DNA from: a bacterium
GTDB taxonomy: Bacteria > Sysuimicrobiota > Sysuimicrobiia > Sysuimicrobiales > Humicultoraceae
Direction: 5' to 3'
DNA length: 24,128 nucleotides
Assembly (NCBI GenBank): GCA_041497675.1
Contig: JBGQGY010000045.1
Span: forward strand, 1-24,128
Shown here piece by piece: positions 17,648 to 24,128 of this stretch. The notes beneath the pieces were generated by a model. That model saw nothing but the letters and a program-made list of their open reading frames with translations. It had not been told where the DNA came from and searched no databases. Within the stretch, counting starts at the first letter, position 1; each line of letters opens with the position of its first letter. A program made the translations under genes and the position numbers.

Positions 17648-18751
17648 TCAACTTGGGAGATGGGTTTCGAAGAAGCGTTGCCAGTTACGGTACATCACGT
17701 TGGCGATGTCATCGTGAGAGTAACCGCGCCGTTCTAAGACTGTCGCCACCTTCTGATAGTCGACCACCGTGTCGATCTCCAAGGGCGCGCCTGCGCGGCC
17801 GCCCTGGCCGTCCGTGTCTCCGCCAATGGCCGCGTGGCACGAGTTGCCCGCGAGTTGGCAAATGTGATCGATGTGGTCCGCGACGTCTTGGAGCGTAACG
17901 GCCTCCCTCGGAAACATGCTGCGCCGGGGTGGAATCTTGGCCCAATCCACGCCCGGCTTGTAGAGCATCCAGCTGTCCATCGAGACGCCAATGACCCCGC
18001 CTCGCTTGATGATGGCCAGCAGCTGCTCGTCCGGAAATTGCCGCTCACCCGGCACCAACGTGCGACAGTTCTGATGACTCGCCAACACCGGCCCCGAAAA
18101 GATCTCCATCGCCTCGCGGACCGAGGCGTCCGATGCGTGGGTGAGGTCGAGCATCATGCCGACGGCATCCATCTCCTTCAATAGCGCCTTCGCCGGCGGG
18201 AAAAGACCTCCCGAGGTGCCGGTCCCCGTGCCGTGACAATACGTGCTCACACCGTAGTGCGAGAGGCTGACGACTCTCAGACCGTTGGCCCACCAGTCAT
18301 GAACGTGTTCCGACCACAGGATCGGGTCCGCGCCTTCCATGCCGACGATGAAGCCAATAGGGAGGTTCGTGTGGTCGGTCGCCTCAGACCACGTCCGCAT
18401 GTGGTCAACTAGTTGCGGACGTGTTGTGAGAATTCGGGCGTGCCCCCGCGCCTCCAAAATGCGGTAGTAGGCCAGCGCCGCCTGGGCGTTCGCATACGCA
18501 GCTTCTGCGCCACGGTACCCCCACAACGGACCACCCGGCCGCTGGATTCGGCCGACCACTTTGACCAGCGCCGCGGCGACCTTGGCCTTTCGCAATTCGG
18601 GCAGGGAGGCCATGGTCTCACTGTCAGGGTAGGCTTCCTGAGCGTACCGGTCAGGTATCGCGCGCCGGATGTCTCGAACCGGCAGGGTCAGGTCCCGGTT
18701 CAGTTCGAGGGCGCCAAACGCCATGGGGTAGTCGCCGTCGATGATCAGCAT
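17648..18751 (-). CDS. Membrane-dipeptidase (M19) family amidohydrolase
   Basis: MEGAD, LSHYG, LDLTHAS, ASHQN, IGGDTDG, NWQRF; the N-terminal HxD motif is replaced by DYP. Confidence 0.88.
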   Translation of the reverse strand: MLIIDGDYPMAFGALELNRDLTLPVRDIRRAIPDRYAQEAYPDSETMASLPELRKAKVAAALVKVVGRIQRPGGPLWGYRGAEAAYANAQAALAYYRILEARGHARILTTRPQLVDHMRTWSEATDHTNLPIGFIVGMEGADPILWSEHVHDWWANGLRVVSLSHYGVSTYCHGTGTGTSGGLFPPAKALLKEMDAVGMMLDLTHASDASVREAMEIFSGPVLASHQNCRTLVPGERQFPDEQLLAIIKRGGVIGVSMDSWMLYKPGVDWAKIPPRRSMFPREAVTLQDVADHIDHICQLAGNSCHAAIGGDTDGQGGRAGAPLEIDTVVDYQKVATVLERRGYSHDDIANVMYRNWQRFFETHLPS

Positions 18752-18753
18752 GG

Positions 18754-19560
18754 TCACTTCTTGCCCCGCACCGCCCACGCGCGAGCCACAAGTGGGATCG
18801 AGCCGTCAGGCGCGAAGGGCAATCCTGCTCGTATGCGCTCCCGCAGCGCTGCCCGCCGTTCTTCACTCAACGACATGGCATTACTCGGCGCAGGGCCTTG
18901 GCCGCCGAGAAAGGGCGACCAATAGTCGTCAAAGTCTCGGAAATGCGTTGAAATCTCGATCGGACGAACTTTTGTGTCTCTCAGCCCAGCATTCTGGAAG
19001 ACCTCCGCAAGCGGGTCAGGTTGGCAGATCGGGAAGCGCGGCCCTTCATCTTGGTCGCGGGCGGCAGGGTCGAGCGCGGCGACGGCGTTCCAGAAGTGGC
19101 GCATCATTTCCATGCGGCCCGCGTAGTCCCACACATAGGCCGCGACCACGCCGCCGGCGCATACGGCGCGCGTCATCTCCGCCACCGATTGCTGGGGACG
19201 CGGAACGAAGTTCAACATGAGTCCAGACACCACCGCATCGTATGCGCCGGTCTCGACCGGCAAGGCTTGCGCATCTCCCACTTCAAACTGCGCTCGTGCG
19301 TCCCGCACGTGTTTCCGGGCGTAGGCGACAAATCCGTCTGAGCGATCCACACCCGTCACGGCGCCGGGGGCCGCGATCTCGATGATGGTGTGACTGAGTG
19401 CGCCCGTTCCGCATCCGACGTCAAGCCAGCGACGTCCGGCGGGCACGTCGAGCCATGGCACAAACTCGCGCGCGACGACACGACTCCATCGGCCGACGTA
19501 TGGTTCGTAGGATGCCCCGCTCTCCCACACGTCCCTTTGCCCCCGATACCCACTGGCCAT
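18754..19560 (-). CDS. Class I SAM-dependent methyltransferase
   Basis: WLDVGCGTG, GVDRS, GDAQALP, YDAVVSGLMLNFVP, GGVVAAYVWDY. Confidence 0.92.
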   Translation of the reverse strand: MASGYRGQRDVWESGASYEPYVGRWSRVVAREFVPWLDVPAGRRWLDVGCGTGALSHTIIEIAAPGAVTGVDRSDGFVAYARKHVRDARAQFEVGDAQALPVETGAYDAVVSGLMLNFVPRPQQSVAEMTRAVCAGGVVAAYVWDYAGRMEMMRHFWNAVAALDPAARDQDEGPRFPICQPDPLAEVFQNAGLRDTKVRPIEISTHFRDFDDYWSPFLGGQGPAPSNAMSLSEERRAALRERIRAGLPFAPDGSIPLVARAWAVRGKK

Positions 19561-19606
19561 CGTCGTCCCCGTTGGGCTCGCTCAGGTTCCGTGCGGCTTT
19601 TGTCAT

Positions 19607-19694
19607 GCCTCGACGCTACCACTCCGCTCTGCGGTCCAATTATCGGGCCCGTCGGCGACGCTTGGGCCGCGTCGGCTGAACGCGTTTGTCAGGC
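19607..19694 (-). mobile_element. Degenerate attC-like site
   Basis: GCCTGAC-AAACG-CGTTCAGCCGAC, inner stem GCGGCCCAA/TTGGACCGC, ending GTCGAGGC; shares about 60 bp of similarity with 16229-16281. Confidence 0.45.
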
Positions 19695-19831
19695 AGCGCG
19701 TCACCCCAGAAGCGGTTTGCGCTCTCGCGACCCTCTCGGATCAGATCCCGTAGCTCGCCGGGCCGGAGCTTCGCCTTCACCGCCGGGACATCCAGGGGAG
19801 AACCTGGGACAGTAGGCCGCTCCGGTTTCAT
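19640..19831 (-). pseudogene. Probable C-terminal fragment of a Phd/YefM-like antitoxin reading into an attC-like sequence
   Basis: KPE...GSPLDVPAV...LIREGRE resembles, from memory, the C-terminal half of a Phd/YefM antitoxin group. The tail PDKRVQPTR is the translated attC-like arm. Confidence 0.5.
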
Positions 19832-19855
19832 CTGTGATCCTTCCTCGAGTCGACG

Positions 19856-20047
19856 TTACCTGGCAGCTTCCGGCACCGACAGGCGTCGGCAGATCTTGCG
19901 TGCTAACACATCCGGGATTTCCGTGTGTCGCGGCACTGTCTCAACCGCGCCTGTTGCGGGATTGGTCCACAACGAATGCAAGCGCCCCTCCCGCTTCAGG
20001 TGACAGCCATGCGTCCTCAGGTGACGCAAGAGGTCACCGCGCTTCAC
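19856..20047 (-). CDS. hicA: HicA family toxin (type II TA)
   Basis: MKRGDLLRHL...GC.L.REG..HSLW.NP...VPRH.EI...LARKIC; 63 aa; GTGA overlap with hicB. Confidence 0.9.
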   Translation of the reverse strand: MKRGDLLRHLRTHGCHLKREGRLHSLWTNPATGAVETVPRHTEIPDVLARKICRRLSVPEAAR

Positions 20048-20259
20048 CCGACGACAACCTTATCCCGGATTGCCCTGGCAGGCACACCCCGCAGGCCGTC
20101 CCGGCGCCTATCCTCTAGAACCAGGGCAATCGCATCGGCCAAGCTCCGCAATGCAGCGGCTTTTGTCTTACCCTGACCATTCGCCCCAGGAATCTCCAGG
20201 CAGTACGCGATGTGCCACCGACCGTCCCGCTCTACGATCGCGGTGAACTCGTTTTTCAT
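20044..20259 (-). CDS. hicB: HicB family antitoxin, short form without a DNA-binding domain (hicBA order)
   Basis: FTAIVERDG.W.IAYC.EIPGANGQGKT...L.DAI; 71 aa. Confidence 0.9.
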   Translation of the reverse strand: MKNEFTAIVERDGRWHIAYCLEIPGANGQGKTKAAALRSLADAIALVLEDRRRDGLRGVPARAIRDKVVVG

Positions 20260-20455
20260 GCTCGTCTAACGCCCTCCTTCCCTTTGCCGCCGTTGATCTT
20301 ACCATGCCGCGACGCGCCCTAGACCGTCTTGGGCCCACTGATCGGCCGAGAGCGCACGCGTCCTTCTTGACGGCAACTCGGTCCGGACCGAGTCCCACCT
20401 TCTGGACTATTGAACTTGGAGGTGAACCAAGGACCATCACAGTAGTCCTCTGCCG

Positions 20456-21428
20456 ATGCCAGGGAAATCTCCACCGGCGAGGGGACTTCGGATGCCGTGG
20501 GCCGACGTTCCTGAGCGGGTGAGAGGCGCCGTTGAGCGTCATCTGCAGAGCAAGATCGTGTCGACCGTCACGCACGCCGGTGGATTCTCACCCGGCTTCG
20601 CCGGCAAGATCGTCACCGCAGACGGACGTGCCTTGTTCGCGAAGGCCGTTTCGCCCGTTCAGAACCCGGACACACCGTCCCTGCACCGGCGGGAGGCCAG
20701 GATCGTCAGCCTTCTCCCTGCGACGTCTCCCGTGCCCAAGTTGCTGTGGACCTGCGATGAAGGAGACGGCTGGATTCTCCTGCTATTCGAGCACGTGGAG
20801 GGACGGCACCCCTCGGAACCGTGGTTGACGCAGGAGCTGAATCAGGTTCTGGAGGCCATGGACGGTCTCGCAGGGGCCCTCACGCCTTCGCCCATAACGC
20901 GCGATATCGCAGGCACCGCCGGCGAGGTTGTTGCCAGAGAGCTACGCGGCTGGAGATGGATCCGGGAAACAGCTGCCTCCGGCCTGGACGAGTGGTCCGA
21001 GAAGCATCTTGCAGAACTTGTGGCACTCGAGGAGCAGGCACCGAGTGCCGTTGATGGTGATACCCTGCTGCACGTCGATATCCGGGCGGACAACATGCTC
21101 CTGACCAAGGATCGCGTCTGGTTCGTGGACTGGCCGCACGCGTGCATCGGCGCCGATTGGCTCGATCTTGTGTTCTTCGCGCCGAGCGTTGCGATGCAGG
21201 GTGGCCCCGCGCCGGAATCGCTAGTCGAGCGGTTTCCGAGATGCCGCGGAGTCGACCCGAGCCTCATCACCGCCGCTGTGGCCGCTATGGCCGGGTACTT
21301 TACCCATCGCTCATTTCAGCTGCCGCCTCCCGGGCTGCCGACGGTGCGCGCATTCCAGGCGGCCCAGGGCAACGTAGCCCGCCGAGTGGCTGTCAGAACG
21401 ACTCGTTTGGGCGTGGTCGAGCGACTAG
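20456..21428 (+). CDS. APH/choline-kinase-like phosphotransferase with an apparent +1 frameshift near the C-terminus
   Basis: GGFSPG, FAKA, LLHVDIRADN, FVDW, PGLPTVRAFQAAQG. The in-frame ORF runs to 21607, overlapping the opposite gene; a shift near 21383 gives EWLSERLVWAWSSD* ending at 21428. Confidence 0.8.
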
Positions 21429-21455
21429 TTGGACGCCTGCTCGCCGGACGGTGTG

Positions 21456-21752
21456 TCAATCTTCCCGAAAGGTGCCATCAGCAAATCTTGCCCAGCCCTT
21501 CTTGTAGATTCCGCTCTCCAGGTCGAAAGTGCTTTCAAACTCTTGGTCTAGGCCGCCATCCAGGTCAAAAAGATAGCCGTGCAACTTCTCAAGACCAAGG
21601 CGCTTAATGCCGACGGCGCTGTCCCAAACGTGCTCCCCGTCGTAGTAGTCGCTTAAGTCTATATCAATGTTGTACGCGCATTTGCCTTCGGGCGTGTAGC
21701 CAATGAGGATCGCCCTTCCGCGAATCTGAAGGTCGCTCAGCTCCTCAGTCAC
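21456..21752 (-). CDS. Hypothetical acidic protein (98 aa)
   Basis: Protein-like composition; GAGG RBS directly after the upstream gene stop; no family recognised. Confidence 0.7.
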   Translation of the reverse strand: MTEELSDLQIRGRAILIGYTPEGKCAYNIDIDLSDYYDGEHVWDSAVGIKRLGLEKLHGYLFDLDGGLDQEFESTFDLESGIYKKGWARFADGTFRED

Positions 21753-21770
21753 GGTATCGTTCGCCTCTCA

Positions 21771-22400
21771 TCAATTTCGGATTTCGACCGTGAAGCTGCT
21801 GCCGCTTCCACGGAAGATAAAGAACGTCCGGTCCGCTACGTTCCTTTTGGTCACAAGCACCTGATCGATGAGCTGCGGTCGGAACACCTTGACGTTGAAC
21901 CGTTTCGGCGCTTCCGGCCAATAGGTGATCTTCTTGCTTGTAAGGGTGAACCCCGTCAACGGGACCACCATCGCGGTGTCGCCGGCGAGATACATCAAAA
22001 CCTTGATCCGCTTCTCTGAGCTGACATTCTGAATACGGAAGCTTTTCTTCGCCTGAACGGTAATGCTGTTGTCGGCGTTGACCGTGACCACGGTGCTGTA
22101 CGGGACGCTATTTCTCGAGGCCAACAGTTGGTCCACGAGTTGCGGTTGGAAGACTTTGACGTGGAACGTGGCGGGCGCGCCGTCCCAGTCCACGGACTGC
22201 GCGGGGTCGATAGTCCATGCCTTCAGAGGCACCGCCTGCAATACATCATTCGCGTTGTAGACGGCAATTTTGACCTTCCCTGCCTGCCCGTTGACCAGGG
22301 TCACGGTGGTCTCCGCGTGGGCCGGCGAGACCCAGAGCAAGGCGACCGCGACGGCAAAACCCCACAGCACCAGCCTGCTAGCGATAGGCCGCATCACCAT
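21771..22400 (-). CDS. Secreted hypothetical protein with two tandem ~90-aa beta-rich repeats
   Basis: Sec signal ending PAHA|ETT; repeats APATFHVKVFQPQLVDQLL and APKRFNVKVFRPQLIDQVL; G8 tract in the RBS position. Confidence 0.8.
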   Translation of the reverse strand: MVMRPIASRLVLWGFAVAVALLWVSPAHAETTVTLVNGQAGKVKIAVYNANDVLQAVPLKAWTIDPAQSVDWDGAPATFHVKVFQPQLVDQLLASRNSVPYSTVVTVNADNSITVQAKKSFRIQNVSSEKRIKVLMYLAGDTAMVVPLTGFTLTSKKITYWPEAPKRFNVKVFRPQLIDQVLVTKRNVADRTFFIFRGSGSSFTVEIRN

Positions 22401-22476
22401 GATATGTCCCCCCCCAAGCACATGAGGCTGCCTTCTCGGTAGAACTACGTGAGAGCTTGAGTACCCCCTGCAGCCG

Positions 22477-22974
22477 TCAGCGGCCTGCCCAAGGGTATGT
22501 CGCGAGGATTTCCACGGCGCGCGCGCGCATGAAGTCGCCGACGACCTCCAGCGGTGGTCGGTCGGGTTGAACGTTCACCCATGCCGCCACCTTCGCAAGA
22601 TTCGTATCGGCCAGCCGCCGGTAGGTGGGGACGTCCGTCCCACGGGCCGCGTATACCACCCGACCGAACCCGCTCTGTGCGATGACAAACGTGCAGAGGA
22701 GACAGGGCTCGCAGCTCGTGTAGACCGTACAGCCCGCAAGCGCCTGCAGCGAGCCGGCACGACGCCACGCGTCGCGTATCGCCACGATCTCGCCGTGTGC
22801 CGTGGGATCGAAGTCGGCGAGGACCGTGTTGTGCCCCTCGCCGATCACCTGTCCGTTTCGATCCACCACCACGGCGCCGAACGGCGTCTGGTTCTTGGTG
22901 ACCGCGATTTCCGACAGTTTCAGGGCGAGCGCCATGAAGCCGGCGTCCTGCTGCTCCTGCGATTGGCTCAGCAT
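22477..22974 (-). CDS. Zn-dependent nucleoside/guanine deaminase (CDA-like, GuaD-like)
   Basis: PFGAVVV, DPTAHGE, YTSCEPCLLC. Confidence 0.9.
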   Translation of the reverse strand: MLSQSQEQQDAGFMALALKLSEIAVTKNQTPFGAVVVDRNGQVIGEGHNTVLADFDPTAHGEIVAIRDAWRRAGSLQALAGCTVYTSCEPCLLCTFVIAQSGFGRVVYAARGTDVPTYRRLADTNLAKVAAWVNVQPDRPPLEVVGDFMRARAVEILATYPWAGR

Positions 22975-22976
22975 GC

Positions 22977-23270
22977 TCAGATCCCTTCGACGATGATGAC
23001 GCTCGCCCGCGCCGTGCGCTCCCGTATTTTAAGAAGGAGTTGATACTCGGGTGAGTTGTACCATGCCTTGAGTCGGGCGAGGCTCGGAAACTCGAGGATC
23101 ACAAAGCGCTTCGGAATCCAATCGCCCTCCAGAACCTCCGCAGCCCCGGCCCGGGCCAGATACCGCCCACCGTACGCGGCAATGGTGCCGGGGACCTTCG
23201 CCCGGTATTCCTCGTACCCTACAGGATCAGTGACCTCGACGTTCGCCACGACGTACGCTGCCACGACCAC
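22977..23270 (-). CDS. DUF1330 domain protein
   Basis: AYVVANVEVTD...YGGRYLARAG...LEGDW.P.R.VILEFPS...WYNSPEY. Confidence 0.9.
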   Translation of the reverse strand: MVVAAYVVANVEVTDPVGYEEYRAKVPGTIAAYGGRYLARAGAAEVLEGDWIPKRFVILEFPSLARLKAWYNSPEYQLLLKIRERTARASVIIVEGI

Positions 23271-23317
23271 TCCCCCTTCGAGCGCCTTCCCTCAGCTCGT
23301 TCGCTGCGGAGCCTATA

Positions 23318-23638
23318 CTACGCGTCGTCTTCTGACAGAAGAGCGTCTAGCTTGTCGAGCACCTCTAGGACGTGCGTGGCAGGAAGTCGACCCGCAAGCT
23401 CGGCGCGGCGCGCGCGCCAGTCGAGGCTCCGGACCTGGTCCGCTAAGACCACACCGCTCACCCCCGGGCCGGGTGGGATCGTCACCTCGAAGGGGTAGCC
23501 CTTGACACGGCTCGTGATGGGACAGAACAGCCCCAGACCCACCTTGGCGTTGTACGCGGCAGGCGAAAGTACGAGTGCCGGACGCCGTCCCGACAACCAG
23601 ACGATGTCACCACGCTGCGGGACGTACCGACGCGGCAT
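23318..23638 (-). CDS. mazF: MazF/PemK endoribonuclease toxin with a ~10-aa in-frame deletion
   Basis: YVPQRGDIVWL, GRRPALVLSP, CPITS, GVVLADQVRSLDWRAR; the usual FDPxxGxEQ loop is absent. Confidence 0.9.
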   Translation of the reverse strand: MPRRYVPQRGDIVWLSGRRPALVLSPAAYNAKVGLGLFCPITSRVKGYPFEVTIPPGPGVSGVVLADQVRSLDWRARRAELAGRLPATHVLEVLDKLDALLSEDDA

Positions 23639-23880
23639 TACCAGGCTTCGCGTCCGACGGGCGCGCCGCTCTCAACCTCGTCGTGAAGATTGGATTTCGT
23701 GACCTTGTCGAGGAGCTCTTTGAGGCGAACCCTACGCGCACGGATGGGCGAGGCGACGAGCCGACCCTCCGACACCGACATGTCAACAACCGTCCCTTCA
23801 CCCACACCGGCGTCCACAGCAAACGGCTTTGGGATCCGCAAGGCGAGACTGTGGCCCCACTTCTGAACGCGCACTCGCAC
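23638..23880 (-). CDS. mazE: MazE/AbrB-fold antitoxin
   Basis: VQKWGHSLALRIPK...LKELL..VT..NLHDEV..GAPVGREAW; GTG 23880 behind a G-rich RBS; TAATG overlap with mazF. Confidence 0.93.
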   Translation of the reverse strand: MRVRVQKWGHSLALRIPKPFAVDAGVGEGTVVDMSVSEGRLVASPIRARRVRLKELLDKVTKSNLHDEVESGAPVGREAW

Positions 23881-23901
23881 GCAAGACCCCCCTAGAAAAG
23901 C

Positions 23902-23945
23902 AATGTATCTACAAAGAAGATACATTCAGGGAGCCCGGCGGTCAA
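23902..23945 (-). promoter_or_regulatory. mazEF promoter with a palindromic operator
   Basis: TTGACC, 17 nt spacer, TATCTT; perfect inverted repeat AATGTATCT-7nt-AGATACATT (23902-23926) overlapping the -10 element. Confidence 0.8.
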
Positions 23946-23985
23946 GGTGCGTGTCCTCATCCCTGAGCGAGACGCTCCAGGTGCC

Positions 23986-24128
23986 CTAGTAGGTGAACAT
24001 CCTGTCATGCTCGAGCGCCAGCTTGATCAGGACGTTGGGCATTGCCATCTCAACGGGTTTCCCAGCGAGAGCCTGCGGATCCACGCCCCTGACTTTGCTT
24101 GACATGCCCGAGAGGTAGATCTTAGAAC
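23986..24128 (-). CDS. DsrE-family protein, C-terminal part (5' end outside the window)
   Basis: Manual translation SKIYLSGMSSKVRGVDPQALAGKPVEMAMPNVLIKLALEHDRMFTY* resembles DsrE/F C-termini. Confidence 0.7.
   Translation of the reverse strand, partial: SKIYLSGMSSKVRGVDPQALAGKPVEMAMPNVLIKLALEHDRMFTY

Noticed and set aside
17632..17652. GTTGAAC-TAGCT-CTCGAC at the dipeptidase stop as another attC arm
   Set aside because: The core deviates from RYYYAAC and there is no complementary arm; too weak to count.
22408..22415. G8 tract as a phase-variation switch
   Set aside because: Short, non-coding under the preferred start, and adequately explained as an RBS.
1..24128. CRISPR arrays, tRNA/rRNA, transposases, integrase
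   Set aside because: No regularly spaced repeats, structural RNA genes of these types or recombinase ORFs were seen by eye.

Overview
High-GC bacterial chromosomal window with three zones. (1) 1-4940: branched-chain amino acid genes on the minus strand (a plant-type long ilvC, an isochorismatase-family hydrolase, then ilvB-ilvN). ilvBN has a sigma70 promoter followed by a tandem ykkC-family (probably ppGpp) riboswitch and a T-box, each with its own terminator. (2) 5097-15459: a CocE/NonD hydrolase converging on a catabolic operon: LLM oxidoreductase, Dpp/Opp permeases and binding protein, an M20 hydrolase with altered metal ligands, Rieske dioxygenase alpha/beta, a small conserved ORF and an SDR. 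(3) 15572-24128: an accessory zone of mostly co-oriented short genes. It holds a candidate two-gene defence module (N-terminally extended TIR plus DUF2971), hicBA and mazEF loci (MazF has an internal loop deletion), an antitoxin fragment, a frameshifted phosphotransferase, a secreted two-repeat protein and several decayed attC-like motifs suggesting an eroded integron cassette array. All calls come from reading motifs by eye; no database searches were run.
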